Shown: positions 11,143 through 23,591, counted from the first letter of the stretch. The stretch: DNA of 64,000 nucleotides from Candidatus Poribacteria bacterium (GCA_965116925.1 OZ220744.1:4960001-5024000); one strand, 5' to 3'. Program-made: numbers and translations. The notes: generated by a model from the letters alone, not told the origin.

Positions 11143-11601
11143 CTATGGTATTTTAATGAATCCCATCCCTACTTGGATAAAATGTGCATCTTCTGTCAGC
11201 ACTTGACAAATCCCTCGCTCTTCCATGATAACCATTGAAGTGAGGTCAGTAAACGAAATCCTTGGCTTATCATGGAATCGTTTTCTCAGGTTCCATGATT
11301 TTGAAAAATGGTTGGGTATCACCCGCTCAACATGTATATATCCTTGAGATGCGGAGTTCAATAATTCCTCTACGAAGTGAACGGCTTCAGAGAATCGCCT
11401 TTGAAGCCGAAATAATAAGCTAATCATTTCGTCTAGAACATATTCGCTGGTATAAATGGGTATCTGACGCTGGCGAAGTTCTTGGTAGATGCACTTTACT
11501 TCTTCATGATGTGGGTCATGGTGATATCCAAGTGCTATCCACCCCCATGTATCCACAAAAACACCTTTTGCATCCCTTAATAATTCTTTGCTAATCTCCA
11601 T
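11143..11601 (-). CDS. PIN-domain (VapC-like) ribonuclease toxin
   Basis: VFVDTWGW, YVLDE, SFTD and LTEDAHF acidic PIN motifs; ATG at 11601 overlaps the end of the upstream gene. Confidence 0.88.
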   Translation of the reverse strand: MEISKELLRDAKGVFVDTWGWIALGYHHDPHHEEVKCIYQELRQRQIPIYTSEYVLDEMISLLFRLQRRFSEAVHFVEELLNSASQGYIHVERVIPNHFSKSWNLRKRFHDKPRISFTDLTSMVIMEERGICQVLTEDAHFIQVGMGFIKIP

Positions 11602-12418
11602 AGAGGGCCCGTTCAATTTCTTCCGCAGAGAGGCTTTTTCCCGAAAGAGTTCCTATTACAGATAAAAAAGGATCCGGCCCTGGAATTTTCCACGTTGTCG
11701 AAATTACCTTCGGAATATCCCCCAGATTCACAATGGTATTATCTACACATTTCTCAATAATTTCATCTTCAGGTGGGGGCAAGTGCCATGAATCATCTGT
11801 TTTCCAAATGGCTTTCATGCCGGACTTCTTGGCACCTTCAATATCTGCTGTGAGATTATCTCCCACAAAAACTGTCTCTTCCGGGGTGATCGTCCGACTT
11901 GAAATTTCGTTTAACCGATTTAATGCCTCTTGAAAGATTGCCCTATTCGGTTTTTTGACTCCTATTGATTCAGAGATTAATATCATCTTGGGACCAAAAT
12001 GCTCTCTGATTCCAAGTTTGTCAATCTTTTTCTGTTGGACAGATTCTCTGCCATTAGAAACTATTCCCAGAAACAGCCCTTGATTTTTCAACTCGGTCAA
12101 CGTCTCGTGGAGCGCTTCAAAGCCTTTGTAATAACTGGAACAGGACTCATAGTAATCGTCACACAACGCTTTTGGGTTTAAGCCTTCCACCGAAAATTCG
12201 GAAAATATTTGGTCATATATTTCATGTTTATTACCTAACCCCCGGTCATCCAACTTGAGAAAAAGGGAAACATACTGGTCTATTGAGGCACGACGGTCTA
12301 AATACTTTTGAAACCGGATATATTGGTCATGCAAAAACAACCTAACCGATGTATCTCGATCCAAAAGGGTTCCATCTAAGTCAAATAGGACAGCTCGAAT
12401 CATATCCATTGGATTCAC
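11591..12418 (-). CDS. HAD-family hydrolase with a C-terminal antitoxin-like extension
   Basis: FDLDGTL, VSNG, KKP and FVGDNLTADIEGA motifs, plus an extra tail PDPFLSVIGTLSGKSLSAEEIERALYGD. Confidence 0.85.
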   Translation of the reverse strand: MNPMDMIRAVLFDLDGTLLDRDTSVRLFLHDQYIRFQKYLDRRASIDQYVSLFLKLDDRGLGNKHEIYDQIFSEFSVEGLNPKALCDDYYESCSSYYKGFEALHETLTELKNQGLFLGIVSNGRESVQQKKIDKLGIREHFGPKMILISESIGVKKPNRAIFQEALNRLNEISSRTITPEETVFVGDNLTADIEGAKKSGMKAIWKTDDSWHLPPPEDEIIEKCVDNTIVNLGDIPKVISTTWKIPGPDPFLSVIGTLSGKSLSAEEIERALYGD

Positions 12419-12456
12419 TTCCCTTATTAGGCAATCCGGCAGAAGGAGAATTATTT

Positions 12457-12924
12457 CTATGGTTCAGGATGGATCGGGTCAACCCAATAGACTTCCTCCG
12501 GCGGCTCTACCGGCTCGATATCCAAATTGATAACAATCGGCTCTTGGTCACTCCGCACCAAGACACAGGAGAGGGGTTCGTCCGTGCTGGCGTTAATTTC
12601 TTGGTGTGGCACGAAGGGCGGCACATAGATGAAATCGCCCGGTCCCGCCTCTGCGACAAATTCAAGCTGCTCGCCCCATCGCATACGCGCCCGCCCGTTC
12701 ACGACATAGATTACGCTCTCCAACGCCCCATGATGGTGTGCACCAGTTTTTGCGTTTGGCTGAATGTTCACCGTGCCAGCCCAGAGTTTGCCAGCTCCAG
12801 CCATCGCACGATTGATCGCAGCGGCACGGGTCATGCCGGGAGTCTGCGGCGTATTCATATCAAGTTGATCGCTGCGGATAATCCTCACCCCACTGTCACG
12901 CCAATTCACGACATCATTTGACAT
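12457..12924 (-). CDS. cupin-domain protein
   Basis: TGAHHHG.LES and GDFIYVPPFVPHQE cupin motifs; starts 1 nt after the gyrB stop. Confidence 0.88.
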   Translation of the reverse strand: MSNDVVNWRDSGVRIIRSDQLDMNTPQTPGMTRAAAINRAMAGAGKLWAGTVNIQPNAKTGAHHHGALESVIYVVNGRARMRWGEQLEFVAEAGPGDFIYVPPFVPHQEINASTDEPLSCVLVRSDQEPIVINLDIEPVEPPEEVYWVDPIHPEP

Positions 12925-12925
12925 C

Positions 12926-15391
<2,466 letters not shown>

Positions 15392-15413
15392 CTACCCCTT
15401 TCATCAACTTCTG

Positions 15414-15917
15414 TTACTCATCTTCAATTAAAGCGCGTTGGCTCTGTTTGATAAAGAGTCGCTTTAAGTGCGCTTTCAGATCTGGATCCTCGACCGATGC
15501 GACGGTCTGATCAATGCGTTTTAATGTCTCCCTATCTAATTCAACAGTCTCTAATTTAAGACGTTTTGGACGGTGAAAACGTTGACTTTCTGAAGATTTT
15601 GACGAATGAATCGGCTTAACAGAAAAGTCCAATGTTTTTACCGCAGGAAAATTGACAGCTTTATTGATTTTGGGAATCACTTGCCCTCTCAGCATTTGAA
15701 GCTCGTTGACCCAGACATGAGCGGAAGCATAAACTGTTAATTTCCCATTAACGAGTGAAATCGGCTGAGTGTTGCGAGCGATCAGTGCACCCACCGCTCC
15801 TTTCCAAGCGGCAAAGACTTGTGTTTCAAGAATTTTGTGATCTAATCCATAATCACGAATCAACCCATCAAGCAGCAGATCGATCCGCTCTGTTTTCTCA
15901 GTTGACTTGTCCATCAT
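15414..15917 (-). CDS. DUF721/DciA family helicase-loader protein
   Basis: W...VG..IA.NT.P...G.L.V....W..EL pattern; located between recF and gyrB. Confidence 0.8.
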   Translation of the reverse strand: MMDKSTEKTERIDLLLDGLIRDYGLDHKILETQVFAAWKGAVGALIARNTQPISLVNGKLTVYASAHVWVNELQMLRGQVIPKINKAVNFPAVKTLDFSVKPIHSSKSSESQRFHRPKRLKLETVELDRETLKRIDQTVASVEDPDLKAHLKRLFIKQSQRALIEDE

Positions 15918-17073
15918 GCACCGTAAATACGCGGCAATCACCTAACTCTGGCACCCATGCCTCCTGCCGCGTTGAAGTGATAAATGTCTGTGCATTCAAT
16001 CGCCCTAGCAACTTAAATAAAAAGGACGAACGCTCCTCATCCAATTCTGAGAAAACGTCATCCAATAGAACGATAGGAGTTTTACCTGTGGTTTCACGTA
16101 TTAATTCCAATTCCCCAAGTTTGAGGGCTAAGGCAATTGTTCGTTGTTGCCCCTGCGATCCAAAAGCTTTGGCTTCCTGAAAATACATCGCTCCGGCAGA
16201 CTGCGATTCCAATATTAATTTGAAATCGTCCCGGTGGGGTCCCACCGAAGTCATCCCGCGCAGAATATCGTAAGATCGGGAAGATTGTAGCTCCTTGCGA
16301 AATAGTTCTGTCGCCCCTTGCTCTATCGCATCATCAATCTTTTCAGGAGAAGGTCGGTATTTCAATTCAAGTATCTCACGATTTCCGGTCAATTCGGCGT
16401 GTTTGGCTTGAACATAAGCCTTTAATTGATCAAAAATTCTCACGCGTGTTTGGATGATAGAGATTCCTTCAGCAATGAGTATATCATCCCACGGATCGAG
16501 GAAGTCAGGAGTAGCCTGTTTCGATCGAATTTGTTTCAGCAACTCGTTGCGCTGCTTGAGCGCAAATTGGTAGTTTTGGAGAGAAGTCAAGTACGCCGAA
16601 TTGATCTGGGAAATCAAAAGATCTATAAAACGCCGACGGTCTGCGGGTGAACCTTTGACTAAAGTGAGCGATTCAGGGGAAAAAAAAACAACGTTGAACT
16701 GACCAATCCACTGAGAAAGTTTTTTCTGAAGAATCCCATTGAATTTGAAACGTTTCTTGCCACTCAACTCGTTTGAGACTTCAACCGTCATCAAGTTTAA
16801 TGGCTGTAGATCATGGGGTTCTGGATTCGGCTGCGAACCATCAGTAGCGGTAATCTCCCCTTTGAGGTAAAACCAACTTTCGCTGTGCCGTATCAATTCA
16901 TTATCAGGATAGGTGCGGTGTGATTTTGCCGTGCTGAGGAAATAGATTGCTTCTAGTAGTGTTGTTTTCCCCTGCGCGTTTTCCCCAACAATCAGGTTCA
17001 CTCGATCGGTGAATTCGATTTCACAATCAGCATAACTACGAAAATTACGCAACACAAGTTGGTTTAATCGCAT
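15898..17073 (-). CDS. recF: DNA replication/repair protein RecF
   Basis: NFRSY, GENAQGKT, GPHRDD, GSQGQQR and LLDDVFSELD motifs; start set at ATG 17073. Confidence 0.96.
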   Translation of the reverse strand: MRLNQLVLRNFRSYADCEIEFTDRVNLIVGENAQGKTTLLEAIYFLSTAKSHRTYPDNELIRHSESWFYLKGEITATDGSQPNPEPHDLQPLNLMTVEVSNELSGKKRFKFNGILQKKLSQWIGQFNVVFFSPESLTLVKGSPADRRRFIDLLISQINSAYLTSLQNYQFALKQRNELLKQIRSKQATPDFLDPWDDILIAEGISIIQTRVRIFDQLKAYVQAKHAELTGNREILELKYRPSPEKIDDAIEQGATELFRKELQSSRSYDILRGMTSVGPHRDDFKLILESQSAGAMYFQEAKAFGSQGQQRTIALALKLGELELIRETTGKTPIVLLDDVFSELDEERSSFLFKLLGRLNAQTFITSTRQEAWVPELGDCRVFTVHDGQVN

Positions 17074-17180
17074 TTTGTCGGTTTTGATTTGCCACTTAGC
17101 GGCAAGCAAACGCAAGTTGTCTATAAGAGAGCAAGAGAATCCACTCCGAAAGAATCTCTATTTTTCAGATTTGGAACATG

Positions 17181-18284
17181 TTATGATTCAAGCCGCATCG
17201 GCATAATTAAGCAAAGGTGCCCATCATCGCCAACAGGCTTTAAGACAGCCGCACTGAGGGAATCTTTGAGTTCCAAACGGAAATCTTCGGCTTGAATATG
17301 TCCCACAGCTTCCACGAGGAAACGCGCATCAAAAGCGATCTGGATCTCTCCATCGCCACTTGTGACATCTACCGTTTCATACGCCTCCCCAAGTTCGGGT
17401 GTCTTGGCAGAGATTCGCACTTTGCCGTCCTGAACGTCCAAACGAATCGAGTAGGTTTTCGGATTGGATAACAGTGCGACTCGTCTCAGTCCTCCCGACA
17501 TTTTGTCGACATTAAGTGTCAAGTGAATCTCGTTATCGCTGGGGATAATCTGTTGGTACTTGGGATACTCTCCCTCAACCAATCGAGAGGTCAAAGTAGA
17601 ATCATCATCAGCGAAAATAATCTGGTTTTCTAGCAAGCAGACTTTAACCTCCGCTGATTCTGCAAAGGTCTTCGTAATCTCCCGGACCGCTTTGAGTGGA
17701 ACGATAACACCTATCGGTTCTTGAGGTGGTGGCATCAGTGTATCGCTAGATGCGACAGCAAGGCGTCGGCCATCAGTTGCGACAATCTGAGTTATTTCGG
17801 GGGTCAGATCAAAATACAGTCCATTCAAGAAGTATCGCGTTTCCTCGGTGGAAGCAGAAAATTCGGTTTTATCAATCATCGAACAGAGCAATTCACCATC
17901 AATAGTGAAAAACGCTCCCGTAATTGAGGGAAGTTCTGGAAACTCATCATCAGGGAGCCCGATAATTTTATAAACCCCTTCTCCACAGGTGATTTCGATT
18001 CGATCGTTTGCCGTTGTCGAAAGCCTTACTTCTTGGTCTGGCAACTCACGTACAATTTCAGAAAGCTTTCTTGCCGATACGGTAATGGCACCTTCCTCAA
18101 CGATAGTACCGGGAACAACGGTCTGAATGCTAACTTCAAGGTCGGTTGCTGCAATTTCGATTTGTCCGTCCATTGCACGAATTAGGACGTTCGATAATAT
18201 TGGAAGGGTATTCCTTCCGGCAGCTACACCTTGTAATACTTGAATACATCTAAACAGATCTTCTTTTGCAAAAACTAATTGCAT
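17181..18284 (-). CDS. dnaN: DNA polymerase III beta clamp
   Basis: ATDLE, ATDGRRL, SRLVEGEYPKY and LIMPMR motifs. Confidence 0.98.
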   Translation of the reverse strand: MQLVFAKEDLFRCIQVLQGVAAGRNTLPILSNVLIRAMDGQIEIAATDLEVSIQTVVPGTIVEEGAITVSARKLSEIVRELPDQEVRLSTTANDRIEITCGEGVYKIIGLPDDEFPELPSITGAFFTIDGELLCSMIDKTEFSASTEETRYFLNGLYFDLTPEITQIVATDGRRLAVASSDTLMPPPQEPIGVIVPLKAVREITKTFAESAEVKVCLLENQIIFADDDSTLTSRLVEGEYPKYQQIIPSDNEIHLTLNVDKMSGGLRRVALLSNPKTYSIRLDVQDGKVRISAKTPELGEAYETVDVTSGDGEIQIAFDARFLVEAVGHIQAEDFRLELKDSLSAAVLKPVGDDGHLCLIMPMRLES

Positions 18285-18299
18285 CTTCTTTCTCCTAAA

Positions 18300-18590
18300 A
18301 AAATTATGTTTCTAAGTTAAATTTTCATAAATACTTTTTGACAAATTATGGTTATATATTCATTATCTACTCTTTATTCTATTAATTTATATATTAATAA
18401 TAGTAGTAGTAGGGGATGTGGATATGTGGATAACTCCCCTAAACCCGCGCCACGACTGGCTGGAAGCCTGTGGATAGATTGTGGATAACTTTTTGACTTA
18501 TCCACAATCTATCCACATCCCCAAAGTTATCCACATCTATCCACAAATCATCCACAGGTTATCCACAGGGTTATCCACAGGTTATCCACA
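18300..18590. other. oriC: oriC unwinding sub-origin (dnaA-dnaN intergenic region)
   Basis: AT-rich 18300-18400; DnaA-trio run TAATAATAGTAGTAGTAG at 18395-18412; 12 DnaA boxes at 18417-18590 (7 perfect TTATCCACA/TGTGGATAA, 5 with one mismatch); gene orientation switches around this locus. Confidence 0.93.
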
Positions 18591-18616
18591 TTAACGATTT
18601 AACAAATATGTTTCTA

Positions 18617-19972
18617 TTATTTAATATCTTCGATTAAAAAGTTAATTGTTTGATAAAGCTCTGCATCCGTTCGGATACTCTCTTCAATTCGGTTGTTAGC
18701 GTGCAAAATGGTCGTGTGATCTTGCCGGCCGAAAGCATCTGCAATTTCCATTAGGGACAGGTTGGTTAGTTGACGGCAAAGATACATGGCAATTTGTCGG
18801 GGCACAACAACCGCTTTTGTGCGTGTAGAGGACTTGAGGTCGCTGATTTTTAGACGAAAATAGCCCGCTACGGCTTTTTGAATATCTTCTGCTGTGATAG
18901 CTTTAGAGTTAATCCGAGGCGGCGGTGTAGCGAAGTCGTTTAACACATTACGGGCAAAATTGACTGTCAATTCCTCATTGAAAAGACTTGCTTCTGCAGC
19001 GACCCGGATGAGCGATCCCTCTAGATCCCGAATGTTCGTTTGGATCACTTCGGCAATATAGCTTAAAACAGAGTCGGGAACATTTTCCAAGTTTTGGTCT
19101 TCACATTTCTGGCGAAGGATAGCAATCCTTGTTTCAAATTGGGGTGGACTAATGTCTGCAACCATTCCCCACTCAAAACGAGAGCGTAATCGCTCTTCGA
19201 CGGTTTCAAGGTTTTTCGGTGGTCGGTCGCTTGTCATCACAATATGGTTTGAATTTTGGTGAAGCTCATTAAAAGTATGGAAAAATTCTTCTTGGGTGCC
19301 CTCCTTACGTTGTAAAAATTGAATATCATCAATAAGAAGCACATCAACTGTCCGATATTTGCTTCGGAAATCGAATGCGGTGGTACGAGTGATGATAGAG
19401 TCAATATATTCATTCATAAAGGTCTCAGACGAGATATAGAGCACTTTCTGCTTGGAATGAACCTCTTGGATTCGGTTGCCGATTGCGTGCAGCAGGTGAG
19501 TCTTACCCAATCCAACACCACCATAGATGAAAAGTGGGTTGTAAATCTTGCCTGGGTTTTCTGATACAGCCAGTGAAGCCGCATGACTCAAGCGATTCCC
19601 AGTTCCTACAACGAACCGATCGAAACTATATTCGGGGTTAAGGGTTGTATCAGTTGATGGGGCATCAGTATCATCAGGTGCAGTAGCAGGGGTAGATGAG
19701 ACCGCAGGTTCAGGTTGCCTTTTTCCGTCGGGCTGTGCAGCAATGATTTTGAGCCGACAGCTGGCACCAATCTGTTTCTCTAAGAGACCGTTGATATCAG
19801 GAAGAAAACGGCTTGCAATTTGCTCCTGTGTATACACACTCGGAACTGAAACTGTCAGTTCACTTTCTGTGAGAGCCATCGGTTTAGCTTGGCGTAGATA
19901 AACATCTTCACGGATGGTGTCGCCCAACTCAGACAGAATTTTCAACCAGATTTGGTCCGGGGTATACTGCAT
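18617..19972 (-). CDS. dnaA: chromosomal replication initiator DnaA
   Basis: NPLFIYGGVGLGKTHL, LLIDDIQF, QEEFFHTFN, RLRSRF and DHTT motifs. Confidence 0.99.
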   Translation of the reverse strand: MQYTPDQIWLKILSELGDTIREDVYLRQAKPMALTESELTVSVPSVYTQEQIASRFLPDINGLLEKQIGASCRLKIIAAQPDGKRQPEPAVSSTPATAPDDTDAPSTDTTLNPEYSFDRFVVGTGNRLSHAASLAVSENPGKIYNPLFIYGGVGLGKTHLLHAIGNRIQEVHSKQKVLYISSETFMNEYIDSIITRTTAFDFRSKYRTVDVLLIDDIQFLQRKEGTQEEFFHTFNELHQNSNHIVMTSDRPPKNLETVEERLRSRFEWGMVADISPPQFETRIAILRQKCEDQNLENVPDSVLSYIAEVIQTNIRDLEGSLIRVAAEASLFNEELTVNFARNVLNDFATPPPRINSKAITAEDIQKAVAGYFRLKISDLKSSTRTKAVVVPRQIAMYLCRQLTNLSLMEIADAFGRQDHTTILHANNRIEESIRTDAELYQTINFLIEDIK

Positions 19973-20165
19973 TATATGACATCCTATAATTGGAGGGTTC
20001 CTTCAGGGGAATTCAAGCAATGTAGCAATCAACTATTAATATAAAAAGATTGGGATTCCTGACTGGCTTGCTCGCTAAACAACCGGAAACCGGAATGAGG
20101 AAAAAGATCATTATTACAAAATTGACAATGCACGAAGAACAAAAATTATTTGCTCTAATCACAAG

Positions 20166-20196
20166 TTATCCACAAGTTATCCACAAGTTATCCACA
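20166..20196. promoter_or_regulatory. three tandem DnaA boxes upstream of dnaA (second origin cluster / autoregulation)
   Basis: TTATCCACA at 20166, 20177 and 20188, an 11-bp period. Confidence 0.88.
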
Positions 20197-20354
20197 AATT
20201 CTTCACCTATAGAAAGGCGAGGCTTACCGGGGACTGTCAGCCATTATTTGGCGGGGATTAGATTTAGTTTTTGTCCTTAAGTAAATCTACTTTAGTATAT
20301 CATAAAACATGGTGTAAAATCAAGCCAAAATCCGATCGATTGGTGGGAAAAATC

Positions 20355-20384
20355 TTGACAAATCCTAACCTAATAGACTATCAT
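20355..20384 (+). promoter_or_regulatory. putative sigma70 promoter for rpmH
   Basis: TTGACA-18 nt-TATCAT. Confidence 0.5.
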
Positions 20385-20588
20385 TCCTGCGCTTAGAGTT
20401 GACTGTTTGAAAAATCAACCTCTGGAACAAAGTATCGGGATTCCTGTTGAGTCCCGTAGTTGGGGCGATGGCGTCCCCGATAGGTGTCAGATTTGATTGG
20501 ACCTATGTAAATCTGGCTAACATAGCGGATAAGAATCCCAGTGCTTTAGCTTTGGGAGTACGTCAAAATTAGTTAGGAGAAGGTGCTG

Positions 20589-20723
20589 ATGAAACGTACA
20601 TATCAACCTCACCGTCGTAAACGAAAAAATAAGTTTGGCTTTCGCAAACGGATGTCTACGCGGGATGGCCGGAAGATTCTCTCTCAACGTCGTGCGAGAG
20701 GTCGAAAAGTCCTCACCGCTTAA
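20589..20723 (+). CDS. rpmH: 50S ribosomal protein L34
   Basis: Below the ORF-track cutoff; translates as [44 protein letters not shown]. Confidence 0.97.
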   Translation: MKRTYQPHRRKRKNKFGFRKRMSTRDGRKILSQRRARGRKVLTA

Positions 20724-20737
20724 CAGGATATACACCA

Positions 20738-21745
20738 ATGGTGTTGCCCCTCGGAAAACTCAAGATTGATCTGTTGGAGCAGCTTTTACCTCAACCAGAT
20801 CGGGATACTCGCGTCGTTGTTGGACCGAAAGTTGGGGAGGATGCTGCTGTAATAGACTTCGGCGAATCGTATCTGGTTGCTAAGACGGATCCGATTACCT
20901 TTGCAACCGATGAGATTGGCTGGTATCTTATCTGCGTCAACAGCAACGATATCGCAACGATGGGGGCAGTTCCAAAATGGCTGCTGACGACGATTCTTCT
21001 ACCGGAAAACCGGACAACTGAAGCGTCGGTACGCCGTATCATGGAACAGATCAACACCGCATGTAATCATTTTGACATTACCCTGTGCGGTGGACATACT
21101 GAAATTACTTACGGCTTAGATCGACCTATTGTCATTGGGCAAATGCTCGGTGAAGTCACCAAGGACAAGCTAATCGTATCATCGGGGGCGCAGGCGGGGG
21201 ATGATCTAATATTGACGAAAGGACTTGGCATTGAAGCCACGTCAATCATCGCCCGCGAGTGTGAAGCCGATCTATTGGCGAAGTTTTCTCCCGCTTTTCT
21301 TAATCGAGCAAAGGGGTATTTGACCTCACCGGGAATTTCGGTGCTGGAGGAGGCACTGATCGCTGTTGAAACGGGCGGTGTCCATGCAATGCACGATCCA
21401 ACGGAAGGCGGCGTTGCGACAGCCATCCACGAGCTGGCACATGCTGCGAACTTGGGAGTAGTTGTCTGGCAGGATGTGCTACTCATATCGGATGACACAG
21501 CGCAACTTTGTCGTGAATTGGATCTGAATCCGCTAGGAGTTATCTCCTCTGGTGCGTTGCTGATTGCGGCGGACCCCACAGCAAGCAACCAGATTGTGTC
21601 AGCGATTACTGAACGCAATATTCCTTGTGAGGTTATCGGTCAGTTGTTGCCACCGGAGAGCGGTTGCTGGATTGAGACGGATGGCCAACGCTGTCCACTC
21701 CCTATTTTTGAGACAGACGAGATTACCAAGATCTTTGGTGAATGA
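20738..21745 (+). CDS. AIR synthase (PurM/HypE-like) family protein
   Basis: GEDAAV, DPITF, NDIA.MGA.P, GGHTEIT, AMHDPTEGG and ISSGALL motifs. Confidence 0.85.
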   Translation: MVLPLGKLKIDLLEQLLPQPDRDTRVVVGPKVGEDAAVIDFGESYLVAKTDPITFATDEIGWYLICVNSNDIATMGAVPKWLLTTILLPENRTTEASVRRIMEQINTACNHFDITLCGGHTEITYGLDRPIVIGQMLGEVTKDKLIVSSGAQAGDDLILTKGLGIEATSIIARECEADLLAKFSPAFLNRAKGYLTSPGISVLEEALIAVETGGVHAMHDPTEGGVATAIHELAHAANLGVVVWQDVLLISDDTAQLCRELDLNPLGVISSGALLIAADPTASNQIVSAITERNIPCEVIGQLLPPESGCWIETDGQRCPLPIFETDEITKIFGE

Positions 21746-21760
21746 CAAGGAGGCGGCGAG

Positions 21761-22312
21761 ATGAAGACATTGTTTGTTGCTTTTTTTGTTGGATTCTGCT
21801 GTTTTCTGTCAGCCTGTAAAGGTCATAATAATCTAGAGAAGCATAAGGAAGTAGTTGCTGTCAGGAGACTCTTCGATGAAGAAATCGAAAAGATAAATTC
21901 TCAACTGGAACTCGCAGATCCTGGTGCAACAAGCGAGGCTGTAGTATATAAGAATCTTGGAGCTTCCTACTTAGAGCAGGGTAAACTCGACAAAGCCGTT
22001 GTAGCCTTCAAAAAAGCGGTCCAGATTGCGCCTAGCTTCGTCGAGGCACACTACTTACTCGCCGATGTCTATTCCCTCAAAGGTGAAGGGATTCTATCAC
22101 GCCAATTCCTTGATAGAGCAATGGCTTTGGACGGAAGCTACATTATTGATACTATGATAAGGATAGTGGATGAGACCCATATTATAGTAGAACCTCCCGG
22201 ATCTGCTGTTATAGAGTCTGAGGAGTCAATAAAACGTACCTTCCCTCCTGAATTTTTTGAAGATCCTGATAAAGTAGGTGTACCCCGCGAGTGGGGGTCT
22301 CCACCTAAGTAA
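21761..22312 (+). CDS. TPR-containing lipoprotein
   Basis: LSAC lipobox, two TPRs, GGAGG RBS. Confidence 0.75.
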   Translation: MKTLFVAFFVGFCCFLSACKGHNNLEKHKEVVAVRRLFDEEIEKINSQLELADPGATSEAVVYKNLGASYLEQGKLDKAVVAFKKAVQIAPSFVEAHYLLADVYSLKGEGILSRQFLDRAMALDGSYIIDTMIRIVDETHIIVEPPGSAVIESEESIKRTFPPEFFEDPDKVGVPREWGSPPK

Positions 22313-22334
22313 CCAACCGTGGGAACGGTGAGGA

Positions 22335-23591
22335 ATGCCAAGAGAATTCAACGTCCCCCTTTTCTACCGAAGTCCCATCATTTCTGTGGTGAAGCAAGCG
22401 CGCCGGGGGATTGATCCTCGTAAGCGTGACCTCGCCCCTTCCGTTTTGGACTTTGGTCCGGTGCGTTTCAAGATTGCACGTCACTTCGGATTTTGTTATG
22501 GAGTGGAGAACGCAATCGAAATTGCCTATCGAGCACTGGACGAAAATCCGGATAAGCGGATCTTCTTGCTGTCAGAAATGATTCACAATCCTCACGTCAA
22601 CACAGACCTCCGTGAACGGGGTGTGCAGTTCCTCTGCGAAACATCGGGTAAGCAATTAATCCCTTTCGATGAATTGACACCCGCAGATGTGGTTATTGTG
22701 CCTGCCTTTGGTACAACACTGGAAATACAATCTGAACTGAATCAGCGCGGCATCAATCCCTACGCTTACAATACGACCTGTCCTTTTGTGGAAAAGGTGT
22801 GGAAGAAAAGTGAGGAGATTGGCAGGCAGGATTACACTATCGTGGTGCACGGCAAGCGATACCACGAAGAAACACGGGCGACGTTTTCCCATGCGAAATC
22901 GGGAGCACCTGTGGTGGTTGTGCTGAATCTGGTTGAAGCGAAGAACCTTTCTAAGGTGATATGCGGTGAAGCTGACCGAGCATTTTTCTTTGAATATTTT
23001 GCAGATAGCTACTCCCCCGGCTTTGAGCCGGACCGTGACCTGAAACGTATTGGTGTTGTCAACCAAACGACGATGCTGGCAACCGAGACACAGGCGATCG
23101 CAGACCTACTTCGGGGGACGATGGTAGACCGATACGGTGAGGAACATATTAACGAACATTTTGCCGATACTAAGGATACGCTGTGCTACGCGACTAAAGA
23201 GAATCAGGACGCGACGCTCGCTCTCATCGAAGACCGTGGCGACTTAGCCTTGGTGGTAGGTGGATACAATTCCTCTAACACGAGCCACCTTGTCGAGTTG
23301 TGCGAAGATAAAATGCCGACGTACTTCGTCTGCGACGCCGGGGAGATCAAATCGCCTCGATCGGTCCGCCACTGGGACATTCGCGCAAAATCTGTGTGCG
23401 AAACGACCGATTGGCTTCCCATGCACTCTCCTGATGACAGACCTGTTGATATTATTCTGACCGCGGGGGCTTCGTGTCCTGATGCTTTACTTGACGAGGT
23501 ACTGTGCAAAGTTGTCTCGTGGTTCCCCCAAACCCTTTCTGTTGACGATGTCCTTGCGCCCTACCGGGACGATGAAGGCTACAGTCTGTAA
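22335..23591 (+). CDS. ispH: 4-hydroxy-3-methylbut-2-enyl diphosphate reductase
   Basis: GFCYGV, HNP, TCPFV, NQTT, TLCYAT, NSSNT and TAGASCP motifs. Confidence 0.96.
   Translation: MPREFNVPLFYRSPIISVVKQARRGIDPRKRDLAPSVLDFGPVRFKIARHFGFCYGVENAIEIAYRALDENPDKRIFLLSEMIHNPHVNTDLRERGVQFLCETSGKQLIPFDELTPADVVIVPAFGTTLEIQSELNQRGINPYAYNTTCPFVEKVWKKSEEIGRQDYTIVVHGKRYHEETRATFSHAKSGAPVVVVLNLVEAKNLSKVICGEADRAFFFEYFADSYSPGFEPDRDLKRIGVVNQTTMLATETQAIADLLRGTMVDRYGEEHINEHFADTKDTLCYATKENQDATLALIEDRGDLALVVGGYNSSNTSHLVELCEDKMPTYFVCDAGEIKSPRSVRHWDIRAKSVCETTDWLPMHSPDDRPVDIILTAGASCPDALLDEVLCKVVSWFPQTLSVDDVLAPYRDDEGYSL

Noticed and set aside
16680..16688. A9 homopolymer in recF as a phase-variation tract
   Set aside because: The frame is intact and the tract encodes part of the conserved V-F-F-S-P segment of a housekeeping gene.
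20738..21745. AIR-synthase-like gene as selenophosphate synthetase SelD
   Set aside because: Same superfamily, but it lacks the N-terminal G(C/U)xxK motif and the DFF motif of SelD.
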